Origin: Candidatus Woesearchaeota archaeon
Lineage (GTDB): Archaea > Nanobdellota > Nanobdellia > Woesearchaeales > WJKL01
Assembly (NCBI GenBank): GCA_014729675.1
Contig: WJJM01000044.1
Span: 1-53,428, forward strand
Length of the DNA stretch: 53,428 nt
Direction: 5' to 3'
Part shown: piece by piece, positions 44,561 to 52,974 of the stretch
Numbering within the stretch: position 1 is the stretch's first letter
How the letters are laid out: each line of letters begins with the position of its first letter
Made by a program: the position numbers and the translations under genes
The notes under the pieces: generated by a model
What the model was told of the DNA's origin: nothing
The model's database searches: none
What the model saw: only the letters and a program-made list of their open reading frames with translations

Positions 44561-45250
44561 CTATCTTTTTAGCTTATCCATCTGTTTCTCTGTTTCCTTA
44601 ACAACTTTATCCATAGTCTTTACAGCCAAGGCAGGATATTTTCCTATCGCAGTCTCTTCTGAAAGCATGACTGCGTCAGAGCCGTCAAGAACAGCATTGG
44701 CAATGTCACTAACTTCAGATCTTTCCGGCATCTTAGAATGCATCAAAGAAAGGAGCATCTCAGTTGCAGTTACAACCATCTTTTTATTTTCATTGCATCT
44801 TTTTATTATCAGCTTCTGAGCCAGAGGCACTTTCTCAAAAGAGATGTTCTTTCCAAGATCTCCTCTTGCAACCATTATCCCGTCGCTTTCCTTGATAAGA
44901 GAATCAATATTGTTTATGCCTTTCTGTGTCTCTATCTTTGAGATTATCTTTATATCCCTTGGAGCAAACATCTTTCTTATCTTCTTTATCTGGCTGGATG
45001 TCTCTGCAAACGAGACAGCAAGATAGTCAAATTTCTTATCTTTAAGCCAGTCTACCATCTTCAATGCCTTTATGTCAAAAAGTATTCTGCATCTTATCTT
45101 CTTCAGTTTTTCAGAAACCTTCAGATGCTCATCGACAGTCCCGTATTTTGTATTTATCCTGCCTATGTCCATCCCGGTTTTTTTCATCCTTCTTAGTACA
45201 GGAAGGCTGCTGCTAGAAGGCCCTATTGTAGCTATTATATCTGTTTTCAT
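44561..45250 (-). CDS. Pyruvate-kinase-like protein consisting of the A (barrel) domain only
   Basis: IIATIGPSS, GRINTKYG (vs NFSHG), ILFDIKA (vs LLDTKGPEIR), ISKIET, IMVARGDLG, TATEML, PERSEVSDIANAVLDGSDAVMLSEETAIGKYP. At 229 aa it has no B (lid) or C domain. Confidence 0.75.
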   Translation of the reverse strand: MKTDIIATIGPSSSSLPVLRRMKKTGMDIGRINTKYGTVDEHLKVSEKLKKIRCRILFDIKALKMVDWLKDKKFDYLAVSFAETSSQIKKIRKMFAPRDIKIISKIETQKGINNIDSLIKESDGIMVARGDLGKNISFEKVPLAQKLIIKRCNENKKMVVTATEMLLSLMHSKMPERSEVSDIANAVLDGSDAVMLSEETAIGKYPALAVKTMDKVVKETEKQMDKLKR

Positions 45251-45351
45251 CAAAACACCCCCGATGTTCCAAATCCCATGCCTGCAGAATAGTCAAAGAA
45301 CTCTAATAAAAATGCAGCGATCGCAACAGTCATTATTATCTCGGGAATCAT
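45250..45351 (-). CDS. Possible 33-aa hydrophobic leader ORF coupled to the PK-like gene
   Basis: MIPEIIMTVAIAAFLLEFFDYSAGMGFGTSGVF. Its TGA overlaps the PK-like ATG (TGATG). It resembles the first helix of TauE/SafE-type permeases, so it may be a gene remnant. Confidence 0.25.
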   Translation of the reverse strand: MIPEIIMTVAIAAFLLEFFDYSAGMGFGTSGVF

Positions 45352-45511
45352 CTTACCTCTTTTTATTGGATTTAAGCTTTTATGTTTATATATATTGCGG
45401 TTTGATATTTTTAAAGCAGATTAAGTTATGGAATAAACAGCTTGTGTTCAATAAATAGCTACCATCCGGTAAACCATAAAATACATATAATTGTTTTGAT
45501 ACACAGGATAT

Positions 45512-45778
45512 ATGCTAGATAAATATGTACTAATCTATTATAATGAACATGGAGATAAAGAAGTTGTCGGCGGAATGAATATCAATACACGAAAAGACGA
45601 AGCCCATCCTTTCTCTTTGGAAAAAGCAATTGAACACTTATTTATTCCTATGAATATTAAATATGCTATGCAAAATAAATTTATGGGGGCCTGCATACGA
45701 CCAATAATAGATAAAGAAAAAGAAGAATATGGAAGCCCTGTTAAAGTGTATAGACTTACATGGAAAGAAATAGTCTAA
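45512..45778 (+). CDS. Hypothetical protein (88 aa)
   Basis: Clean ORF at the left edge of the accessory island. No motif. Confidence 0.4.
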   Translation: MLDKYVLIYYNEHGDKEVVGGMNINTRKDEAHPFSLEKAIEHLFIPMNIKYAMQNKFMGACIRPIIDKEKEEYGSPVKVYRLTWKEIV

Positions 45779-46041
45779 TTCTATCGTTAGTATTGGCGAA
45801 CTATTGTACTACATTTATAAAAAAACTATCAAAAAGATAAATGAGAATTGAGCAGATTGCGAACATTTAAAATAATACAATTAAACAAAATAAAGACCAT
45901 TGAATATTTCATCTATAAGCCCATGTTCAAATATAATATCTTGGTAAAGATTGCAGAGAATAAAGTCAGATACCTTATTGCAATATGGCACTGGCCTGTC
46001 GCAGAAGAGTTGTAGAATTGTCTTATTGTGATTGAATAAAA

Positions 46042-46269
46042 TTATGAGTATAGTTTCTCAATAAAAGCATCAATATCATATGGATTACTTTTCTCTTTTA
46101 TTTCGGTTATGGATGATTCTCTGATCCTAAGACTCACTTGATTTAAGATAGAGAGAGTTCTCTCTTCTAAAGGTTTATCTGTCAAGATATATTTATGAAT
46201 ATCCTTCAACGTATCATATGAATAGTATTCTATGAGAGTTCTATTTGATTTCCCCTTTTTATCCTCCAT
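46042..46269 (-). CDS. Hypothetical protein (75 aa)
   Basis: Clean ORF. No motif. Confidence 0.4.
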   Translation of the reverse strand: MEDKKGKSNRTLIEYYSYDTLKDIHKYILTDKPLEERTLSILNQVSLRIRESSITEIKEKSNPYDIDAFIEKLYS

Positions 46270-46341
46270 ACGTCCTATAAATTTAAACAGCGTAGCAGTA
46301 CGGCTTAACCCGCCCTTAAACTCTAAAGCACGGAAGGCTAA

Positions 46342-46479
46342 TTATAGATCTGTTAATTTTTCATTGCTTTCTTCAAAATAAAGAAGAGGCGTATCCCAGA
46401 TGTAATCATACTTATACACATAGATATCTTTGTTTTCATTCATTTTGAAATTATGTTTATCTGATTTATCAGAAGCCAT
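46342..46479 (-). CDS. Possible 45-aa ORF upstream of 46042-46269
   Basis: MASDKSDKHNFKMNENKDIYVYKYDYIWDTPLLYFEESNEKLTDL. Below the track cutoff. Divergent from 46643. Confidence 0.25.
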   Translation of the reverse strand: MASDKSDKHNFKMNENKDIYVYKYDYIWDTPLLYFEESNEKLTDL

Positions 46480-46555
46480 TATAATTCAATATAATAATTA
46501 ATTATATAAAGATTTCTATGTCAAAATAGGTATACCAAAGAATACATATATCCAG

Positions 46556-46657
46556 GTATATCCACGACACAAGAAATTATCGATATATTTATATAATGTG
46601 GACTCTTATTAAAAACAAATCCTTGCGAGGAGGAATGTTATAATGTCACAAAAAGAG
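46556..46657 (+). repeat. 102-bp promoter / leader / first-7-codon cassette, copy A (100/102 identical to 51841-51942)
   Basis: Contains the palindrome tatcgata, the TATA-like tatttatata, the SD-like gaggagg and ATG TCA CAA AAA GAG. The sequence downstream of the cassette is strongly diverged between copies. Confidence 0.9.
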
Positions 46658-47626
46658 TTATTGGAATTATTTAAGGAAGAAGATAAGAAATATAAACATC
46701 ATCAAAAGCAAGAAGTCAAGAAGGTAGACAATCTTTATTCTGATTTTTGTGAAAAAGTCTTTGATACGCATAACGTAGAGGACGAAACAGAGAAGAAAAT
46801 CGGTCCTTTTACTGTGAAATATAAAAAAACAACTGCTGAAATTGCCAGAGACTACAGCTTAAAGAATATTGTAGAATGGAATAACAAACTTGACAAAGGA
46901 TGGAAGCTAACTCAGATTGCTGGAGAGGCTTCAAATCTTGATTGCAAAGTGCGAGGGAGTTTTCCTGAAAAATTCGAAATGTTATTTGGAGAATGTACTC
47001 ATAATGATGAGGAGATCATTCATGAGCCTAATAAAGATGTTCTCAAAGTTGTACGATCATATTTAAATGCTTTAGACAGAGGTGCAGATGTTTATATCTC
47101 TATGGGGCCTTTTGTATGCCTTTATCCAAAAGAATGTCAAGAAACAAATGACTCATTTGAAGTACATTCATTATTGATAGCTGATATGATAAATGCTCAA
47201 AAGAAGCGAGGCTTAAAAGGTGTTATAGATAATTTTGAGAACGATGACATCCATTCATTTAATTTTCATGTATCTCGGTTCAATATACCTGGGCATATGA
47301 GACTGATAGAGTCGCCTTTTAATGATTATTTTGCGCTCCATTATGAAAAACCGCATTCATTCAAAGAAGCTATTAGAACAGACTCTTCACGAGAATGGAT
47401 AGAAATTACATCCAAAGAAAATGTTTCTGTAAATGATATTAAAAGAATAAAACAGGATTTTGGGTTAGTTAAGCATGCATGTAGTCGTTTCTCAGACTAC
47501 CTTAGCAATGAAAAGCAATGGATCCATAAGGGGATACAATATATAGGCAAAACTCCTCAACAGATACAAGAGATGAATGAATTGGAAAATTACTTCTCCT
47601 ATCGCCTTAAACGGTTTAGCAGTTAA
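46643..47626 (+). CDS. Protein of unknown function, island family A, intact copy (327 aa)
   Basis: Paralog of 51928-52947. Shared blocks: GWKLTQIAGEASNLD, RGAD..I.MGPFVCL, NFH.S.F.IPG.MRLI.SP, HYEKPH.F, REWIEIT, LENY. Confidence 0.75.
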   Translation: MSQKELLELFKEEDKKYKHHQKQEVKKVDNLYSDFCEKVFDTHNVEDETEKKIGPFTVKYKKTTAEIARDYSLKNIVEWNNKLDKGWKLTQIAGEASNLDCKVRGSFPEKFEMLFGECTHNDEEIIHEPNKDVLKVVRSYLNALDRGADVYISMGPFVCLYPKECQETNDSFEVHSLLIADMINAQKKRGLKGVIDNFENDDIHSFNFHVSRFNIPGHMRLIESPFNDYFALHYEKPHSFKEAIRTDSSREWIEITSKENVSVNDIKRIKQDFGLVKHACSRFSDYLSNEKQWIHKGIQYIGKTPQQIQEMNELENYFSYRLKRFSS

Positions 47627-48000
47627 TTTCTGAAAGTTATCCATGACAATATTCATTATATACAAACAATTATTTAAAAAAATCTTTTGCAGTTGAAAAG
47701 GTTATAAACATATATTAAATTTACTGTTAAGGTTCAAGGCTAATAGGACAAAATATAAAAATCTTACACTGAAAATTCAAAGATTTTGGGACCACGACTT
47801 TCTGATGAAACTTTTTGTGAGGATCTATTTCAAAGAACAACATGCTCAGTATGCAGCATCATAAAGATTCACTATTTATTGCTGCCCGTAGTACCCCCAA
47901 TTCAATGGAAAATATTTCAGATTTTCTTAAGTGGCTTTCAGAATTCGGAATGGAATAAACTAAACAAGATTAAGAAACATTTATTAAGTAAAATCATAAA

Positions 48001-49263
48001 ATGGCACATTGTGACTTAAAAATACTAAGACTTAAAAAAATAATGGAATATTATGAGAAAGAGTCTATTTCGGAAGTTCTATATGAGGTGTGTCAACGCA
48101 TAAATGAGATTAGTAAATCAACGGAAAACCAAGTTGAGACTATTGCAAAAGTCTGCCATGCTTTCGGGATAAAATACCTTAAACTTAGAAAAGGATTTCC
48201 ATTTGCAGGATTATTAGTTGAGAGAAAAGGGCTAATTACTCTTTCTCCAAGCAGGCCTACATTGTTAGGGGGCTATGATGCTTTATTGAGAGATAAACTA
48301 CTTAAACAAAAGCAGGAAATATCCCCAGAGACCATTTCGGTTTTAAGCCTTAAAGAGCGTTATGTCATGTCACACGAAGTTGGACATCTTTTTTTTCAAG
48401 AGGCAGCTCCTGAAACCGATGTCAGAGAACCCTACAAGGTAAGAACTCAATTAGGTGAAAATATAAAAAGCAGGTCACAATATGGCAGAGAAGAATTATT
48501 GTGCACGTACATTGCTGATTATCTTTCCGGACCAGTTAATGAAGATGTTGATAATTTTGTGAAGCCGAAGAGAGAGACTATAGACAGCGAAACCATATTT
48601 GGAACTGAAGATCTTGAAAAAATCATAAATTCGATGAATAAAAATCAATGGCTATATTATTCAGTCTTTAATAATATCTGTGATAAATTAAGAAGAATCG
48701 ATAAAGATGAACATATCCTGGCTCTCGCCGGCAGATATACAAAATATACATTTCCGAAAGGACAAGATCATAACAGATTAGATAAATATGTTGTTGATGA
48801 ATCAGAGCTGGATAAGAAAGGATGGTATTGGAGATTTATGCCCATATTCGGTGCAAGTTTCTGGGCAAGATGGTTTGGTTGTTTCGTACCAAAAACAAAA
48901 AGATTGATCACTTGTAATCACGAGAAAAACTTTGAATCAATGTATCCAATGGTTCAACCAGTATCCATCATTAAGGAGCTACTTGAAAATAAAAATACAG
49001 ATGATCATCTATTTGGGCACTTCCCGGAAATTATGGGATATGCATTTAATAAATATCCTCTTCTTTTAGTAAATGAGGAAAGCATTGGAGAGATAGATAC
49101 CATAGATAAGATTGTTCATGTCTCCAAGCGATTAGAAAAAGGCAATATGAAACAGGTGAATTATTCAAAAGGCATACACCTGCTGCATTTTACATTAAAC
49201 AAAGAATTTATCTCGAAAAATATCGAGAAAGCAAATGATAATATTTTGTCTGCGTGGTATTAG
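48001..49263 (+). CDS. Putative Zn-metallopeptidase (ImmA/IrrE, COG2856-like N-terminal region) with a large uncharacterised C-terminal region
   Basis: VMSHEVGHLFF (HExxH), followed ~40 aa later by REELLCTYIADYLSGP (E..N/T..A..L.P-like third-ligand block). The upstream ..AFGIKYLKL...FAGLL......ITLSP pattern is typical of ImmA. Confidence 0.5.
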   Translation: MAHCDLKILRLKKIMEYYEKESISEVLYEVCQRINEISKSTENQVETIAKVCHAFGIKYLKLRKGFPFAGLLVERKGLITLSPSRPTLLGGYDALLRDKLLKQKQEISPETISVLSLKERYVMSHEVGHLFFQEAAPETDVREPYKVRTQLGENIKSRSQYGREELLCTYIADYLSGPVNEDVDNFVKPKRETIDSETIFGTEDLEKIINSMNKNQWLYYSVFNNICDKLRRIDKDEHILALAGRYTKYTFPKGQDHNRLDKYVVDESELDKKGWYWRFMPIFGASFWARWFGCFVPKTKRLITCNHEKNFESMYPMVQPVSIIKELLENKNTDDHLFGHFPEIMGYAFNKYPLLLVNEESIGEIDTIDKIVHVSKRLEKGNMKQVNYSKGIHLLHFTLNKEFISKNIEKANDNILSAWY

Positions 49264-49533
49264 ATCATGAGTAGATAAGAAAGAAGATTGAAGAATTGGA
49301 AACTGGTTTGAGGATATAAATCTTATTGTGACACAAAGTTCCGAATCAAAGGGCTTTCAAGTGGAAGGTATCAGAAATTTGTTTTGTCATGGTGGATGGA
49401 AAATATTGCATGAACATATTGAGGAAGTTTGGAATTCAGTCTTGCATGTTGAGCCTGTTTATGTAAGATTATGTGACTATTATGATGTAAAATAGTAAAC
49501 TATTTAAATATACTTATTCTTAAGACTTTAGAA

Positions 49534-49710
49534 ATGAAAAGAGATAATTACATAAGAATTGTAGAACCAGAATTGCCAAAAAACAAAGATAACCAAGAAA
49601 GAAGAGCAGCCTTGGAACAATATATTTTTGATATTGACAAGAAAAATTATGTTAGAAATGGTTATCGTTTATTTGAATCTGGTTTTCAACATTGCAAAAA
49701 GACAATATAG
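49534..49710 (+). CDS. Possible 58-aa ORF
   Basis: MKRDNYIRIVEPELPKNKDNQERRAALEQYIFDIDKKNYVRNGYRLFESGFQHCKKTI. Below the track cutoff. No motif. Confidence 0.25.
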   Translation: MKRDNYIRIVEPELPKNKDNQERRAALEQYIFDIDKKNYVRNGYRLFESGFQHCKKTI

Positions 49711-49992
49711 CCCTAAAAGTGCATGTAAAAGATAAGAAAAGGCAGCCACCCTTCGATGATTGCCTTCTCTCTTGATGTTAATTCAAGTTATCTTACTTCT
49801 TGCCTGACAGCTTCTTTTCTTTCTTTGCCTTTGTTATGGCTGTCATAGGCTTTCTGAATGCAAGCTTGAGCCTGTACAGGGCCCTTACATGCTTTTCGCA
49901 TATCTGAGGGGAAAATACATAAATTCTCCTTTGTTAACTCTGTTAATCTCTCAATTAAACGTTTAGAAACGAAGCTTTGAATTGGATTGATA

Positions 49993-50175
49993 TTAGATTC
50001 GATTGTTGTTTATATTATGTTCAAGACTGTCCTTGCTTTGTTTGTGATCAGAATGATTAGCGGGTATATTATTTGAATAATCAGGCTTTATGCTCCTGTA
50101 AATTAATTTGGACATCAGTGGAACTAATTCAATATTATATTTGACAAGTTCTCTTGCTGTTTTGTATAATGTCAT
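49993..50175 (-). CDS. Hypothetical small protein (60 aa)
   Basis: ORF only. Confidence 0.3.
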   Translation of the reverse strand: MTLYKTARELVKYNIELVPLMSKLIYRSIKPDYSNNIPANHSDHKQSKDSLEHNINNNRI

Positions 50176-50215
50176 ATGGATATAAATAAATTTTACTGCT
50201 TATAAAGCTTTCCAT

Positions 50216-50284
50216 GCAATTAACAAACAAATCCCAGAAGTTAGTTCTGGGCTTTCAAATTAAGAAACTTCTATTAAGATATGA
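50216..50284 (+). repeat. 69-bp direct repeat with terminator-like hairpin, copy 1 (copy 2 at 51634-51702)
   Basis: gcaattaacaaa[c/a]aaa[t/g]cccagaagttagttctgggctttcaaattaagaaacttctattaagatatga. Stem cccagaa / ttctggg with a 5-nt loop. Confidence 0.9.
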
Positions 50285-50355
50285 AAACATGATGTGATAA
50301 CTTAGGTTATCATTAAGGCAAGAAAAAATACTTGTCAAGGGAAAGATATATAAAC

Positions 50356-50721
50356 ATGAATGCCTTACTTTCTGTAATGTCAATCGATAATATTGGAAAA
50401 GCTTTGAGGCTTGATGATGTTGTTGGAAGAGCCCTTGCTGAATTCGGCTATACTGTCACTGACATTAGAAGGCATTGGGAAGATGAAAAAGGGAAGATCG
50501 TAATAAGGTACTATGACAGATGCGAGCCTACATGGAATTATACGCATCATTCGTTTGAGATGCCTTTGACAGGGGAAGAATATGAGAATTATGCAAACGC
50601 AGCCCTGGATAAAATTGTTCCAAAACTAAAGAAGCATGCGCGCAACACTCGTAAAGAACTCTATCTGAAAGCTTATCCTGAATATAAGGAACCGTGTTAT
50701 GCAGAGAAGATGTCTGGATGA
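50356..50721 (+). CDS. Hypothetical protein (~121 aa from ATG 50356; track start TTG 50332)
   Basis: Clean ORF inside the repeat-bracketed segment. No motif. Confidence 0.5.
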   Translation: MNALLSVMSIDNIGKALRLDDVVGRALAEFGYTVTDIRRHWEDEKGKIVIRYYDRCEPTWNYTHHSFEMPLTGEEYENYANAALDKIVPKLKKHARNTRKELYLKAYPEYKEPCYAEKMSG

Positions 50722-50956
50722 ATTTTATAACGGGCTTCTGGATGTAGCAGAACAGTATATTGAAAAAGTTGCCCATACTCACTGCCTGACAGATTTGTAT
50801 ACAATAAAGCTTCTTCAGAGAGATTTTGATGAGATCGTAAAGGTTTCTTCTCGAAAGATAATGCTCTTAAATTCATCTCAGATATCACATGTTCTATCAA
50901 TGGCTGCTCCAACAGCTCCAAAAAATAATGAAAAAGGGATAGCCATATATGCATAA
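50699..50956 (+). CDS. Hypothetical protein (85 aa)
   Basis: Overlaps the previous ORF by 23 nt on the same strand. An opposite-strand ORF of equal length exists, so the strand choice is tentative. Confidence 0.35.
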   Translation: MQRRCLDEFYNGLLDVAEQYIEKVAHTHCLTDLYTIKLLQRDFDEIVKVSSRKIMLLNSSQISHVLSMAAPTAPKNNEKGIAIYA

Positions 50957-51014
50957 TCTAATGCATCTGATGCTGGACAATCAATTTTATAAATGACAAG
51001 GAAATTATTGTATT

Positions 51015-51641
51015 ATGAAAACTTACAACCTATATAACATGATCTCCCGCTTTTACGACAAAGCTGTTTCATCTCCCTTTTTGAGACGAGTCAGGTCTCA
51101 AGAAAAAGATACTTTATCACAGATACTAAAAGAACACATTCTTCCCTCAGATATAGTACTTGAAATTGGTGCTGGTACTGGTGATTATACAATATTATTG
51201 GTAGAAATATCAAGAAAAATAACTGCTGTAGAGTTTTCATCTGGAATGATGAAACAGCTCAGAAATAAGATATCCAGAACAGATAGGATTTGCTTTGAAA
51301 AAAAAGATGCAAGGAAGATCAAGTCTTTTGATGGTTTTGATATAATTGTAGGGATTGGTATAGCTGAACATATCAATTTATTTAAGGTCCTTTCTGTATT
51401 TCAAGGTTCTAATGCAAGATTGGCTGTATTTACAATCCCAACAAAAACCTATAGCGGACGTTGTATGAGATTATTTTATAATTTATTTGGGGTGCCTTGC
51501 AGATTATATGAGAAAAAAGAAATATACAGTAAGCTTTCGATTTATAAGGAACTTGACGTGAGGATATATGATATTAACGATAGAAAATATTGTAAGCCTC
51601 ATACAAAAGTAGTAGTTATCAAAAGACAGCCTGGCAATTAA
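51015..51641 (+). CDS. Class I SAM-dependent methyltransferase
   Basis: Motif I VLEIGAGTGDYT, then AVEFS and FDIIVGIGIAEH. Confidence 0.7.
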   Translation: MKTYNLYNMISRFYDKAVSSPFLRRVRSQEKDTLSQILKEHILPSDIVLEIGAGTGDYTILLVEISRKITAVEFSSGMMKQLRNKISRTDRICFEKKDARKIKSFDGFDIIVGIGIAEHINLFKVLSVFQGSNARLAVFTIPTKTYSGRCMRLFYNLFGVPCRLYEKKEIYSKLSIYKELDVRIYDINDRKYCKPHTKVVVIKRQPGN

Positions 51642-51702
51642 CAAAAAAAGCCCAGAAGTTAGTTCTGGGCTTTCAAATTAAGAAACTTCTATTAAGATAT
51701 GA
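51634..51702 (+). repeat. 69-bp direct repeat with terminator-like hairpin, copy 2
   Basis: Two mismatches to 50216-50284. Starts within the last codons of the methyltransferase gene. Stem agcccagaa / ttctgggct. Confidence 0.9.
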
Positions 51703-51840
51703 TGCATTTATGTCGATCTTTAAAAATAGAAGTTTCTTTGTTCATAGGGATTTATATTTGTTTATAAAAAGTTGTTGATAGTGTCTATTTTTTATTTATA
51801 ATAATGAACTTTAAATTCATGTAGGGAAAAAGACAAAGAT

Positions 51841-51942
51841 GTATATCCATGACGCAAGAAATTATCGATATATTTATATAATGTGGACTCTTATTAAAAA
51901 CAAATCCTTGCGAGGAGGAATGTTATAATGTCACAAAAAGAG
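51841..51942 (+). repeat. 102-bp promoter / leader / first-7-codon cassette, copy B
   Basis: See copy A. The two mismatches are c/t and a/g near the 5' end. Confidence 0.9.
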
Positions 51943-52947
51943 CTTGCTAAAAGATTGGAAAACCTATCTACGCAATATTCAGAAGTACAAAAAGAAGAAG
52001 AAAAGAATGTTAATGGATTGTTCTCTGATCTTAGTGAAAAGATAAAAGAACAAAGCGAGAATGCTCTTTAATATGGTCCTTTCTTAATAAAATATCACAA
52101 AGATTCTGCCAAGAATGCAAAAAAACATTGTGTAGATAGTATCGTAAAATGGAACGATAAACTTCAAAATGGCTGGAAATTAACGCAGATTGCAGGTGAA
52201 GCTTCAAATTTAGATGGTAAGCTTGAAGGCCCTTGTCAGCAAATATTTGAAGCCTTAGTTTCTCCCAAGGATGAAGCGTATCATTCTGATATGCCTGAGA
52301 GCATAAAAAATGGTGCAGATGAAGATGTAAGGAACATCATACATTCATACATGAGAGCCCTCCATAGAGGCGCTGATATTTCAATAGCAATGGGGCCGTT
52401 TGTATGTCTTTTTGCAAAATACAGCACCCCTTTCATTCCGGACACTAATGATATAATAGAACAGCACCCTTTACTAATGGCTGATTTGATATTAACAGAA
52501 AATAAGTTTGGTTTTGAGCATATGATCAATAATATCAATAATGATAAATTTAGTACAATAAATTTTCATTACTCTCTTTTTCACATCCCTGGAGATATGA
52601 GACTCATACAGTCGCCAGATAATGATTCTTTCTTGCTTCACTATGAGAAACCCCATACATTTCACCAAGCTATTGATGATGATTCTACAAGAGAATGGAT
52701 TGAAATTACACACAGGGGTAAAATATCAGTGGATGATATAAAAAAGATTAGAAAGGAATATGCTCTTATAGAACATGCTTTTACTCGTTTTGACGACTAC
52801 AAGAATAAAAAGCAGCCCAGATATATTAAAGAAGGAGACGATTATATAGGTATGAGTCCAGATCAAATAAGGAAAATGGACAATCTTGAGAATTATTATT
52901 CATTGCAACTAAAATGGCTTAAAGAGTCTCAGGAGAAAGCAAGCTGA
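51928..52947 (+). pseudogene. Island family A, second copy, interrupted by one in-frame TAA (52069-52071)
   Basis: ATG 51928 and the track ORF at 52291 are in the same frame (363 nt apart). Translation across the stop (..SENAL*YGPFLIKYHK..GWKLTQIAGEASNLD..) stays collinear with copy A (..EKKIGPFTVKYKK..GWKLTQIAGEASNLD..). Confidence 0.7.
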
Positions 52948-52974
52948 CTATTAAATGTTTTTTCTGATAACAAT

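Noticed and set aside
45072-45458. Plus-strand 128-aa ORF.
   Set aside because: It is mostly antisense to the PK-like gene and its leader, with no motif.
47786-48019. 77-aa ORF upstream of and overlapping the 48001 gene.
   Set aside because: It has an alternative (non-ATG) start, a low-complexity product, and overlaps the start of a better-supported gene.
49292-49495. Start-less open frame reading like genuine protein (..GGWKILHEHIEEVWNSVLHVEPVYVRLCDYYDVK).
   Set aside because: It has no ATG, and only an internal GTG that would give 51 aa. It cannot be supported as a gene from sequence alone. It is mentioned under the 48001-49263 finding as a possible remnant.
52069-52071. Stop-codon reassignment or programmed read-through at the in-frame TAA.
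   Set aside because: TAA terminates many well-supported genes in this window (e.g. 2847, 17313, 18946). A nonsense mutation is the parsimonious reading.
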